Shown here in pieces: positions 36,143-45,376 of a DNA stretch of 64,000 nucleotides (position 1 is the stretch's first letter; each line of letters begins with the position of its first letter). The position numbers and the translations under genes are program-made. The stretch comes from Ilumatobacteraceae bacterium (lineage in GTDB: Bacteria > Actinomycetota > Acidimicrobiia > Acidimicrobiales > Ilumatobacteraceae). The notes below the pieces were generated by a model that worked only from the letters and a program-made list of their open reading frames with translations, ran no database searches and was not told the DNA's origin. Where the stretch lies: NCBI GenBank assembly GCA_963828415.1, contig CAWHEI010000015.1, forward strand, positions 180,285-244,284, read 5' to 3'.

Positions 36143-37366
36143 GTGTCGGTCCACGCTTGGTTCTCCAACGACGAGCTGTTTCTTGCGCCAGGCGACACGA
36201 TGACCCTGCCCCTCACCGTGCACAATCTCGGCGACGAGACCGAGTCGTACACGATCGTGCCGGCAGGCCTCACGGCGAGCTGGACGGCGATCACGCCCGG
36301 CAACCTGACGTTGTTCGGTGGCTCCCAGGACGTGATCGACGTCACGATCGCACCGCCGGCGCTCCCCTCGACGACCGCGGGTCCGACGGCGATCTCCATC
36401 CGCGTGATCCCCCTCGGTGATTCCGACGATGCCGTCGTCGCCGAAGCCACCCTGGTGATCGAGCCGTTCGACGACTGCCGGATCGTGGCGCTCCAGCCGA
36501 TCCAGCGGACGCGTCACCGCGCGACGTACGAGTTCATGGTCGAGAACCACGGCAACACCGTGGCCAGCTGTCGGCTTCATCTGGTCGACCCGACCGAACG
36601 CGTCGACGGCGACTTCGACCCGCCGGCCGTCGGCGTCGGGCCCGGCGCGGCCACGCTCGTTCGGCTCAAAGCGCGCGCTCATCGCGGCGGTTTCCGTCGT
36701 TCGACGCGCACGCTCGACTTCGAGGTCGAAGCCGGCCGCCAAGGGCTTCCTCCAGTCGTGGCGCCGATGTCGCTGGTGCACTCGCCGACGATTCCGGGTG
36801 CAGCACTCTGGCGCATCGCCGCGGTCATCGCACTGGTCGGCGCTGCCGCGCTGGCATGGTTCGCGGTGGTCGAACCGGCCATCGAGGAAGCTGCTGCCGA
36901 CCAGGTCGACAGCATCGTCGCCGACCTCGACACGTCGAGCGCCGGCGACGGTGGGCCGAACACGACGACTCCGTCGACGACCCCGACCGAGGCCGACGTC
37001 GCACAGACATCCGGCACGTCCACCTTCATCCGCCTCGCCGTCGACGCACCACTCACGCAGACCGCCGATCAGTCGACGACTCTGGCCGACGGTGCCGTGT
37101 TCGACATGACCGACATTCGCATCGAGAACCCGTACAACGACCGCGGCGTCGCCACCCTGCTGGTCAACAGCGAACCGATGTTCATCTGGTCGCTCGAGAA
37201 CATCCGAGGTTCGTTCTTCGAGCCGCGGATCACGCCGATCAGGCTCAACCCCGGCGACAACCTCACGTTCTCGGTGCGCTGCGACGAGATCGGCGACACG
37301 AGCCGCTCGACCTGCACGAACGCGCTCAACATCGTCGGCGTGAGCGTCGACGATCAGCCCGGCTGA
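36143..37366 (+). CDS. hypothetical membrane protein with N-terminal Ig/CARDB-like repeats
   Basis: About 407 aa from GTG 36143 (or 36134). It has two beta-rich repeats (LPLTVHNLGDETESYTIV; YEFMVENHGNTVASCRLHL), a TM helix ALWRIAAVIALVGAAALAWFAVV, a Thr/Pro linker and a C-terminal beta domain. Confidence 0.65.
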   Translation: MSVHAWFSNDELFLAPGDTMTLPLTVHNLGDETESYTIVPAGLTASWTAITPGNLTLFGGSQDVIDVTIAPPALPSTTAGPTAISIRVIPLGDSDDAVVAEATLVIEPFDDCRIVALQPIQRTRHRATYEFMVENHGNTVASCRLHLVDPTERVDGDFDPPAVGVGPGAATLVRLKARAHRGGFRRSTRTLDFEVEAGRQGLPPVVAPMSLVHSPTIPGAALWRIAAVIALVGAAALAWFAVVEPAIEEAAADQVDSIVADLDTSSAGDGGPNTTTPSTTPTEADVAQTSGTSTFIRLAVDAPLTQTADQSTTLADGAVFDMTDIRIENPYNDRGVATLLVNSEPMFIWSLENIRGSFFEPRITPIRLNPGDNLTFSVRCDEIGDTSRSTCTNALNIVGVSVDDQPG

Positions 37367-37385
37367 ACTCCGACCGAGGCGCGGA

Positions 37386-39839
37386 TCAGCCGCCGAGGCC
37401 GAAGCCCGGCACGCCGGTCATTGCGCTGGGTTGCTCGATGACGAGCAGCGGAGCAGACGCTGTCGTTCCGTCGGCGGCCTGCGCGACCACGGTCCGGATG
37501 CCACCGTGTTCGCTGGTACGAGTGGGGATCGTGGCCACGAAGGCGCCCTCAGCCGTGGTCACGGTGTCGACGCGGCTCGACGGATCGTCACCGAACAGGA
37601 CCGACACGGGCGTCGACGGTGGAAAACCGGCGCCGCCGACACCGAACTCGCGACCGGCTTCGACTTCAATTCGATCGACGAGGAATTGGGGTTCGTAGCG
37701 ACCGAGACCGTCGGGGACCATCACGGTGTACTGCCCCGTCGGCGTGGCCACCTCGATCACGGCCGTGCGCTGGCCCGACGCTGTCGGCGCGAACGTGACG
37801 CCAATCGAGCAGGTCGACCGAGGATTCAACGAACGTCCTTCGCAGCTGTTCGATGAGATCACGAAGTCGAAGGGGTGCGGGCCGACCACGCGGACCGACG
37901 CCACCGAGGTGGGCACGAGCGAGATGTTCTCGACGTCGAAGAGGAACTCGGGTCCGGTCTGACCGACGACGACGGAGCCGAGCGCCTGGCCCGCTGGGTC
38001 GGTGCGCAGCATCGGGTCGCCGCCAGCACCGCGGACCGTGGTCGACACCGACACCGCTTGGAACCCGGTCTCGGCAACGGTCAACTGCGCCGTGACCGGC
38101 CCCGGTGCGTTCGGCGTGAACGTGAGGCGAACCGTGCAGTCTCCGCCAGGCGGAACGGGGACGCCGAGCGCACACGTGCTCTGTTCCTGGTTGACCGTGA
38201 AGCGACCGTCGGACACCGTCACCTTCGATGGGATGAACGTGGTGGGGCCGTCGTTGTTGACCGCGACGTACCACTCGTCGCTCGAGAAGCCGACCAGGGT
38301 GGTCCCGAGGTCGCCCTCGGCCAGCGACAGGGTGGGCGGACTCACCGTGGTGACGATCTGGCGTCCCGGCGGGCTCCCCGGAACGAGTTGGGCCGCCGCG
38401 AGCGAGTCGAACACGACCGTGCGACCCGTGTCGCTGAGCTGCGGACCCGAGTGCGCGCCGACGGCGGGTCGAACGCTGTCGTCGATCATGGTCACGCGAC
38501 GCAACGTGTTGCGGGCGACATCGGCAACGAGCAGGTCGCCGTCGGTGGCCGCACCACCACCGGCGGATTTGACCACCTGGAGGTTCGTGGCCTTCGTGAT
38601 GAACGCGACCAGTTGCCCGTCGGCGCTGAGCGATGGTTGCGACGACGGAGCAGTTCCGGCGACGACCGGGGCGGTGGCTGGTTCGCTGCTCACCAACGTC
38701 ATGGTGGTGCGGTCCGGCTCGTCGTAGCGACCGTTGACGTCGATGTCGCGGTCGAGGTGGTACACCTGCGTCGGACAGCCGTCTGCGCACGGCGGAAACA
38801 CCGCCGGGGTCAGGCCGACGTCGCTGCTCGTGAATGCCACGACCCGCCCGTCTCGCGACAGCACGGGCTCGGAAGCACCCGCCAACGTGGGGAGTCCGTC
38901 GACGCGCTTCGACACCAGTTTGACGGCTTCGAACGGATCGCCCTGCCCGCGATCCCACACGAAGATCTGTGGAGTTGCCGGGCCACCTTCGACAGCGCCG
39001 TAGCCCCACCCGGGAACGGCGTCGGTCGAGGCCGCGTCAGAGCGGTACGCGACGAAGCGGCCGTCGCCCGAGATCGCCGGTTGATCGAGTCCGACGTGGA
39101 CGTACTGCGTGTCCGGCGAGACGATCGGCATACCCGCCACCAGGCGGGAACGGCCCGGGCTCCCGATCGGCTGACCGAGGTCGACCAGGCTGACCGTGGT
39201 GATCTCCTCGCCGTCGAGCAACTCGGTGGCGGGGTGGGTGTACGCGATGGCGTTGCCGGCGCGAGCCACCGCCGGTGGATCGGAGATGTCGACGTCGTCA
39301 CGAGCGATCGCTGAGCCGTCGAGCTGACTCGACACGAGCTCCCAATCGCCCGGTGTACCGCCACAGTGTTCGAGCCGCTGGCGGTAGACGTCCCAGCGCA
39401 GTCCGGTGTCGTCGTCGCGGAACACGTCCAGCGCCAGTTCGGTGACCACGACGATGCTGCAACCGTCGCCGGACAGCACCGGATGGATCGAGTTGCCCGG
39501 GCGAAGGCCGGCGGGGACCACGGTGACCTCGTTGGTCGTCTGCGTGTCGCGGTCGGTGAGGTACACCGTGGAGGTACGGGGATCGGTTGCCGCGACGGCT
39601 GGATCGCCGGCACCCGGTATGCCTTCGTAGGCAACGAATCGACCGTCACCCGACACGGTCGCTCGAGCTCCGAGCCCCTGGCCGCCGGGTGCCACGGTGG
39701 CAACGGACGTGCCGAGGGTTGCCTGATCGAGCACGACGATGGGGCGCGCAGAGACGGCGCTGGCGCCCAGGACGAACCCAGCACACAGCACACCCGACAG
39801 GGCGCCGACGACACGTCTGCGCCCGCTGCGTTCGGTCAC
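37386..39839 (-). CDS. large secreted beta-propeller (PD40/TolB-like repeats) protein with ASH/choice-of-anchor-D-like Ig domains
   Basis: GTG 39839 is preceded by GAGGAG. The signal peptide is RRRVVGALSGVLCAGFVLGASAVSA. Repeats include SGDGRFVAY, SRDGRVVAF, SADGQLVAF and SDTGRTVVF. The Ig-like modules carry PPGGDCTVRLTFTP and PRSTCSIGVTFAP. Confidence 0.8.
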   Translation of the reverse strand: MTERSGRRRVVGALSGVLCAGFVLGASAVSARPIVVLDQATLGTSVATVAPGGQGLGARATVSGDGRFVAYEGIPGAGDPAVAATDPRTSTVYLTDRDTQTTNEVTVVPAGLRPGNSIHPVLSGDGCSIVVVTELALDVFRDDDTGLRWDVYRQRLEHCGGTPGDWELVSSQLDGSAIARDDVDISDPPAVARAGNAIAYTHPATELLDGEEITTVSLVDLGQPIGSPGRSRLVAGMPIVSPDTQYVHVGLDQPAISGDGRFVAYRSDAASTDAVPGWGYGAVEGGPATPQIFVWDRGQGDPFEAVKLVSKRVDGLPTLAGASEPVLSRDGRVVAFTSSDVGLTPAVFPPCADGCPTQVYHLDRDIDVNGRYDEPDRTTMTLVSSEPATAPVVAGTAPSSQPSLSADGQLVAFITKATNLQVVKSAGGGAATDGDLLVADVARNTLRRVTMIDDSVRPAVGAHSGPQLSDTGRTVVFDSLAAAQLVPGSPPGRQIVTTVSPPTLSLAEGDLGTTLVGFSSDEWYVAVNNDGPTTFIPSKVTVSDGRFTVNQEQSTCALGVPVPPGGDCTVRLTFTPNAPGPVTAQLTVAETGFQAVSVSTTVRGAGGDPMLRTDPAGQALGSVVVGQTGPEFLFDVENISLVPTSVASVRVVGPHPFDFVISSNSCEGRSLNPRSTCSIGVTFAPTASGQRTAVIEVATPTGQYTVMVPDGLGRYEPQFLVDRIEVEAGREFGVGGAGFPPSTPVSVLFGDDPSSRVDTVTTAEGAFVATIPTRTSEHGGIRTVVAQAADGTTASAPLLVIEQPSAMTGVPGFGLGG

Positions 39840-39897
39840 CTCGCTCCTCACCTCGTGTCTCGTCCTCGAACCGGTTCCAATTCTGGCAGGTCTGAGT

Positions 39898-40668
39898 TCA
39901 TTGCGGACGCGGCGACCGTAGCCGCGCTGCCCACCCCGAGTCGGCAAGCAGACGTTCGAGTTCGGTCACGAGTCCGTCAAGAGAATGATCGGCCGCAACA
40001 CCCGACACCTTGAGCCCCAATCGGTCCGCGGTCGCGGCCGTCGTCGGCCCGATCGCGACGACGATCGGAGGCGCACTGGTCCCGAACGCGCGGCACCAGC
40101 CCTCGACGGCCGAACCGCTCGCGAAGAGCACGGCGTCGGCGTCGACCAGTGCCGTCCGATCCGGCTCGAGGGTGACCGTTCGGTACGCCGTGACGACGGT
40201 GACGTCGTGGCCCGCTCGGCGGAGTTCGTCGGCCAGGGTCGGTGCCGCGATGTCGGCTTGGGCGACGAGGACACGCTGGGGTGATGCAGCCTGGGTGACG
40301 AATGCGTCGGCGAGATCCAGCGCCCGTTGCACCGACGGCGTGAGGTCGACTGATCGACCCGAGCGGGCCTCCAGCACGCCGGCGGTGGCCGTCCCCACGG
40401 CAGCGAGTCGAACGCCCGGCGCAGTGCTTGCTGCTGCAGCCACTCGTTCCGCGCCGGCCGCCGACGTGACGACGAGCCAGTCGAACTCGTCCAGCCGCGA
40501 CAGCGCGTCGTTCACAGCGGCGCCTCCGTCGACCGGTTCGGCGACGGCGATCAACGGAACGTGGACGACACTCGCGCCACGCTCGGTGAGCTTCACGGCG
40601 AGCTCACCGGGGCGTTCCCGAGTGAGAACCACACGGCAACCCTCCAGCGGATCGCGAGTGGCGCTCAC
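39898..40668 (-). CDS. hemD: uroporphyrinogen-III synthase
   Basis: 256 aa. GTG 40668 forms GTGA with the hemC stop. It has the HemD pattern (VVLTRERPGELAVKLTERGASVVHVPLI, WLVVTSAAGA, VLFASGSAV). Confidence 0.85.
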   Translation of the reverse strand: MSATRDPLEGCRVVLTRERPGELAVKLTERGASVVHVPLIAVAEPVDGGAAVNDALSRLDEFDWLVVTSAAGAERVAAAASTAPGVRLAAVGTATAGVLEARSGRSVDLTPSVQRALDLADAFVTQAASPQRVLVAQADIAAPTLADELRRAGHDVTVVTAYRTVTLEPDRTALVDADAVLFASGSAVEGWCRAFGTSAPPIVVAIGPTTAATADRLGLKVSGVAADHSLDGLVTELERLLADSGWAARLRSPRPQ

Positions 40669-41570
40669 GTCACCGCGGCTCGTGCTGCCCGTGCTGCGCT
40701 TCGGGCGATCTCGATGTCAGCGGTGCCGCCCGGGAGTTCGATTTCGTCGGAGACCGAGACCCCGGAGTCGAGGTCGGCGAGGAACGTCCACAGCGTGCCG
40801 TCCGAGACGTGTGCCCCGACGGGAAGTGAACATCCGCTGCCGAGTTCGGCCAGGAAGGCTCGTTCGGCCTCGACACTCTGGCGGGTGCCGGCATGGTCGA
40901 TCGCGGACAGCACGGCGAGCGTGGCCTGGTCGTCGGCTCGGCACTCGACAGCGACGCAACCCTGGCCGACAGCCGGGACGAACTCGTCGACGGCGAGGGT
41001 CTCGGCGATCCGCTCGGTGAGGCCCAAGATGTCGAGCGCCGCGACGGCCATCACGATCGCGCCGCCGTCGGGAATCTTCGAGAGACGGCTGTCGATGTTG
41101 CCGCGCAACTCGGCGAACTGCAGGTCGGGGCGGACCCTGCGCAGCTGCGCACGGCGACGGACCGAGCCGGTGGCCACCGTGGATCCGTGGGCGAGCGAGG
41201 CGAGGTCGGCTCCGACGAGGGCGTCGCGGGGATCCCGGCGCTCGCAGAACGCGGCGAGGACGAGCCCGTCTGCCGGCGCCGACGGCAGATCCTTCGCCGA
41301 GTGCACAGCAAGGTCGGCTCGCCCGTCGAGCACGGCGCGTTGCACCTCCTTGACGAACACGCCTTGGCCGCCGATCTCGTGGAGCGGGACGTCGAGACGC
41401 ACGTCACCGGTCGTCTCGACGGTCACCAGTTCGACCGACCGGCCGGTGGCGGCGGTGATCGCCGATGCAACGGACCCTGACTGGCCGAGTGCTTGTCGCG
41501 AGCCCCTGGTGGCGAGTCGCAACGGCGACGGTTCGCTCACGGTGTGGTCACCCGAGGTCGAAGAGGTCAC
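40665..41570 (-). CDS. hemC: hydroxymethylbilane synthase (porphobilinogen deaminase)
   Basis: Motifs are LRLATRGSRQAL, TTGDVRLDVPLHEIGGQGVFVKE, DLAVHSAKDLPS, LRGNIDSRL and GCSLPVGA. The start is uncertain: GTG 41570 or GTG 41540. Confidence 0.9.
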   Translation of the reverse strand: MTSSTSGDHTVSEPSPLRLATRGSRQALGQSGSVASAITAATGRSVELVTVETTGDVRLDVPLHEIGGQGVFVKEVQRAVLDGRADLAVHSAKDLPSAPADGLVLAAFCERRDPRDALVGADLASLAHGSTVATGSVRRRAQLRRVRPDLQFAELRGNIDSRLSKIPDGGAIVMAVAALDILGLTERIAETLAVDEFVPAVGQGCVAVECRADDQATLAVLSAIDHAGTRQSVEAERAFLAELGSGCSLPVGAHVSDGTLWTFLADLDSGVSVSDEIELPGGTADIEIARSAARAARAAVT

Positions 41571-42813
41571 GCATCGCTGCTGCGTTGCGCTCGCCCTGCG
41601 GCGTGCCGGCTTGAGCCTTGAGACGTACCGACGGCTCGTGCAGCAACTTCGCGATGATCGCCTTGGTCAACGAATCGAGTGCGTCGCGCTGGGCATCGTC
41701 GAGATCTCCGAGCCGGGCGGCGAACCGGTCGAGCTCGGCGAGTCGCACCCGTTCGGCAGCGCCGTGCATCGATGCCACCAACGGTGCGGCCTGACGTGCG
41801 GTGGACTCGACGAGGAACTGTTCGACTTCGTCGCCGACGATCACCCTGACGCGTTCGGCCTCGGCGGCACGATGCGACAAACCGCGATCGGCCCAGTCGC
41901 GGAGATCGTCGAGGTCGGCCAGGGTGACTCCAGCGAGCTGCGCGACCGATGGATCGACGTTGCGCGGAACACCGATGTCGACGATGTGCAGCGGGCGCGT
42001 ACTCACTCGCGCCGCACGCGCGTCGGCGACCAGCGAATGAGTGAGCACCGCTTGGTCCGCTCCGGTACCGACGATGATCACGTCGGCAGCGGCGACGGCC
42101 TCGGGGAGACGATCGAACCCGACGGCCACACCCTCGACCCGCTCGGCGAGTGCCGAGCCGCGATCGGGTGTGCGATTGGCGACCAGAATCTCCGCACCAC
42201 CAGCGCGTCGAAGCGCCACGGCGACACCTTCGCCCATCGATCCGGCACCGACGACCAGTACCCGCCGTCCCGAGAGCTCGCCGACCACGTCGGAGATCAT
42301 CTCGACCGCGGCATGGCTGATCGATGCAGTACCGCGGGCGATGCCCGTCTCGTTGCGAGCCCGTTTGCCCGTGGCCAGCGCGCTTCTGAACAGCTGGTTG
42401 AGCGTCGATCGTGACGCCCCTTCGCGCTGGGCGACGTCCCAGGCCGTGCGCACCTGGCCGAGGATCTCGCTCTCGCCGAGGACGGCAGAGTCGAGCCCGG
42501 CGGCCACCTCGAAGAGATGGGTCACCGCAGCGGTGTCGTGCTGGCTGTACAGGTGCGGAGTGAGTTCGTCGACACCGAGATCACCCAACTCACACAGCAG
42601 GTCGCGGACGTCGCCGTAGGCGCCGTGGAACAGCTCGGCGACGACGTACACCTCGGTGCGATTGCAGGTGGACAGGATCACTGCTTCGCGCACGTTGTCG
42701 CGTTGGGCGAGGCCGCTCACCGCTTTGGCGAGATGGTCGGGCGAGATCGTGACGCGCTCGAGCAACGCCAGTGGACCACTGCGGTGGTTGACGCCGACGA
42801 CGAGAATGGACAT
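41548..42813 (-). CDS. hemA: glutamyl-tRNA reductase
   Basis: 421 aa from ATG 42813. Motifs are MSILVVGVNHRS, ILSTCNRTEVY, GLDSAVLGESEILGQV and VLVVGAGSMG. Confidence 0.92.
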   Translation of the reverse strand: MSILVVGVNHRSGPLALLERVTISPDHLAKAVSGLAQRDNVREAVILSTCNRTEVYVVAELFHGAYGDVRDLLCELGDLGVDELTPHLYSQHDTAAVTHLFEVAAGLDSAVLGESEILGQVRTAWDVAQREGASRSTLNQLFRSALATGKRARNETGIARGTASISHAAVEMISDVVGELSGRRVLVVGAGSMGEGVAVALRRAGGAEILVANRTPDRGSALAERVEGVAVGFDRLPEAVAAADVIIVGTGADQAVLTHSLVADARAARVSTRPLHIVDIGVPRNVDPSVAQLAGVTLADLDDLRDWADRGLSHRAAEAERVRVIVGDEVEQFLVESTARQAAPLVASMHGAAERVRLAELDRFAARLGDLDDAQRDALDSLTKAIIAKLLHEPSVRLKAQAGTPQGERNAAAMRDLFDLG

Positions 42814-42824
42814 TCGACGCCAGC

Positions 42825-43529
42825 CTAGGCCGTGACCCCGCGCCGTGGCTCGCCGGGCACCGCACGTAATCCGGGAGCTGGAGCCGCCGTGGCCCGGCGC
42901 TGCTCGTAGTAGCTGAGGATCTGCAGCTCGACGGCGAGATCGACCTTGCGCACGCTGACGCCGTGCGGAACGCCGATGACGATCGGAGCGAAGTTCAACA
43001 AGCTGGTGACGCCTGCTGCGACGAGTGCGTCGGCGGCCTGTTGGGCAGCCGAGCCCGGCGTGGCGATGACGCCGATCGAGATCTTCTTCGCGTGCACCAC
43101 CTGGGCGAGTTCGTCGAGGTGACGCACACGCACACCGCCCACCAGCGAGCCGACCTTGGTCTCGTCGACGTCGACCATGGCCCCGACCGGGAACCCACGA
43201 TCGCCGAACCCGTTGTAGCCGGCGAGGGCCTGACCGAGGTTGCCGGCGCCGACGATGACGACGGGCCAATCGTGGGTGAGGCCGAGTTCGCGCCGGATCT
43301 GATACACGAGGAACTCGACGTCGTAGCCGACGCCGCGGGTGCCGTAGCTCCCGAGGTAGCTCAGATCCTTGCGGACCTTCGCAGCGTTGAGGCCCGCGAA
43401 CTCGGCGAGTTCCTCAGACGAGATGTTGGTGACGCCCGCCTCGAACTGCTCGGAGAGGATCCGCAGGTAGACCGGTAGCCGAGCGACCGTTGCCTCGGGT
43501 ATCCGCCGTCGTGTGCGCTGACCTGCCAT
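42825..43529 (-). CDS. rex: redox-sensing transcriptional repressor Rex
   Basis: 234 aa with IPEATVARLPVYLRIL, AKVRKDLSYLGSYGTRGVGYDV and the Rossmann motif VVIVGAGNLGQALA. It lies directly upstream of hemACD. Confidence 0.92.
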   Translation of the reverse strand: MAGQRTRRRIPEATVARLPVYLRILSEQFEAGVTNISSEELAEFAGLNAAKVRKDLSYLGSYGTRGVGYDVEFLVYQIRRELGLTHDWPVVIVGAGNLGQALAGYNGFGDRGFPVGAMVDVDETKVGSLVGGVRVRHLDELAQVVHAKKISIGVIATPGSAAQQAADALVAAGVTSLLNFAPIVIGVPHGVSVRKVDLAVELQILSYYEQRRATAAPAPGLRAVPGEPRRGVTA

Positions 43530-43550
43530 GGTTCGACCACGTTAGGGCGC

Positions 43551-43568
43551 TCGTGCACGTTTTCACAA
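43551..43568 (-). promoter_or_regulatory. candidate Rex operator (ROP-like palindrome) upstream of rex
   Basis: The minus strand reads TTGTGAAAACGTGCACGA, compared with the remembered consensus TTGTGAA-N4-TTCACAA. The left half is perfect and the right half matches 5/7. It lies 22 nt upstream of the rex ATG and overlaps the fadD-like stop. Confidence 0.5.
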
Positions 43569-45077
43569 AGCGCCGACGCGGAGCGCGTCGTCGAGGTTCC
43601 GACGCACCAACTTGCCGGACGCATTGCGGGGCAGCGCATCGACGAAGATGACCTTGCTCGGGCACTTGTACCGGGCGAGGTGGTCGAGGGAGTACTCGAT
43701 CAGCGTCTCTTCGTCGACATCCGAATCCGGCGTGGTGACCACGTAGGCCTTGACCGCCTCGCCGGTGTGCGGATGGGCAACCCCGACCACAGCGGCCTCG
43801 GCGACGGCTGGGTGCATCGTGAGCATCTCTTCGACCTCGGCGGGGAACACGTTGAATCCCGACACGATGATCAGGTCCTTCGAACGGTCGACGAGGTACA
43901 GGTAGCCATCGTCGTCGGTGGTGGCCATGTCGCCGGTGTGCAGCCAGCCGTCGGCGTCGAGCACGTCAGCGGTCGCCTCGGGGTCGCCGTAATAACCGGA
44001 GAAGACGTTCGCACCCCGAACCAGGACTTCGCCGACATCGCCGACGAGGGCATCGCCATTGACGTTGACCAAGCGGATCTCGACGCCGGCAAGTGCGCGA
44101 CCGACCGATCCGAATCGCGGTGTGACACCGGTCGAGGTGGTGACGATCGGCGACGCCTCGGTGAGGCCGTAGCCCTCGCGGATCTCGATGTCGAACCGCT
44201 CGTGCATGGTGCGAGCAACGCTGATCGGCAGGCGCGACGCCCCGGACAGCGCCAGCCGCACGGTCGAGAAGGCGTCGGCTTCGAGTTCGTCGAAGTGGGC
44301 AAAGGCACCCCACAGTGCCGGGGCGCCGGGAATGACCGTGACGCCGCGGTCGCGGATCGACTGGACGGCAGTGGCGGGGTCGAAGCGCTGCACCAACACG
44401 AGGGTGGCGCCGACGCACAACCCCAGGCCGATCACCACGTTCAGCCCGAAGATGTGGAACAGGGGCAGCACGCCGTAGATCACGTCGTCGGCGCTGATGT
44501 GGCCCTGTGCCGACCGACTCTGATCGAGGTTGGCCTGCAGGTTCATGTGGCTGAGCATCGCGGCGCGAGGCGACCCGGCCGTGCCGCTGGTGAACATCAG
44601 GACCGCCAGCTGCGACTCGTCGACCTCGACCACGTCGACCGCTGCGGCGGCGAGGAGGTCGTCGAATGCGACCACGCCGTCAGCCGCTGCCGTCGGTTCG
44701 GTGAGCACGGCGACCTCGATCGATGGCACCGCGGCACGATCGACGTTCGACCAGTTCCCCGCACCGATCTGATCGACGACGACCACGCGTGGCGCGACGA
44801 CGGTGAGTTCGGACTGCAATTCGGGGCCGGGGCTCGAGGGGTTGAGTGGCACCGCCACGGCGCCGAGGCCGATCGTGGCGAGATACGCGATCACGAAGTG
44901 CGGCGAGTTGCCGAGGAGGAGAGCGACGCGATCATCGGCGACGACTCCGCTGGCCGCGAGGCCGCCGCGGAACGCTGCGACCTGCTCGCGGAGCTCGCCG
45001 TACGTCGTGACGCGGTTGCGCCAGATCAGTGCGACCGAGTCGGCGTCGTGGCCATCGATGATGTGCGCGAGATTCAC
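43563..45077 (-). CDS. AMP-dependent acyl-CoA synthetase/ligase (FadD-like)
   Basis: 504 aa with the AMP-binding motifs MFTSGTAGSPRAAMLSH, EGYGLTE, LHTGDMATTDDDGYLYLVDRSKD and PRNASGKLVRR. Confidence 0.88.
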   Translation of the reverse strand: MNLAHIIDGHDADSVALIWRNRVTTYGELREQVAAFRGGLAASGVVADDRVALLLGNSPHFVIAYLATIGLGAVAVPLNPSSPGPELQSELTVVAPRVVVVDQIGAGNWSNVDRAAVPSIEVAVLTEPTAAADGVVAFDDLLAAAAVDVVEVDESQLAVLMFTSGTAGSPRAAMLSHMNLQANLDQSRSAQGHISADDVIYGVLPLFHIFGLNVVIGLGLCVGATLVLVQRFDPATAVQSIRDRGVTVIPGAPALWGAFAHFDELEADAFSTVRLALSGASRLPISVARTMHERFDIEIREGYGLTEASPIVTTSTGVTPRFGSVGRALAGVEIRLVNVNGDALVGDVGEVLVRGANVFSGYYGDPEATADVLDADGWLHTGDMATTDDDGYLYLVDRSKDLIIVSGFNVFPAEVEEMLTMHPAVAEAAVVGVAHPHTGEAVKAYVVTTPDSDVDEETLIEYSLDHLARYKCPSKVIFVDALPRNASGKLVRRNLDDALRVGAL

Positions 45078-45260
45078 GGAGTCCCCCTGCGCAGCCCACT
45101 GCTGCGATCGAAGCGAATCGTACTCAGGTTGTGCGGTCCTGGCACAGCGTGACCGGTGATGAGGTGGCCGGCGGCTCAGCGGATTGGTCAGGGGCCGCTC
45201 GATCCCAGGTGGATCGGCGTTTGTGTGAGCGACAACGCAGACGTCGACCCAGCGTGACCG

Positions 45261-45344
45261 TCAGAGGTTGACGAGGGAGATCACCCCGGCGACGAGGATG
45301 ACCAGGAGCAACAATCCGAGCGTCAACGTGGTGGCGGGGCGCAT
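45261..45344 (-). CDS. possible 27-aa hydrophobic micro-protein
   Basis: ATG 45344 to TGA 45261: MRPATTLTLGLLLLVILVAGVISLVNL. GC3 is about 24/27 codons and it has a single TM helix. There is no clear RBS. Confidence 0.3.
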   Translation of the reverse strand: MRPATTLTLGLLLLVILVAGVISLVNL

Positions 45345-45376
45345 ACGGCGAGGCTATCCGGACGAACCGGACAGTC

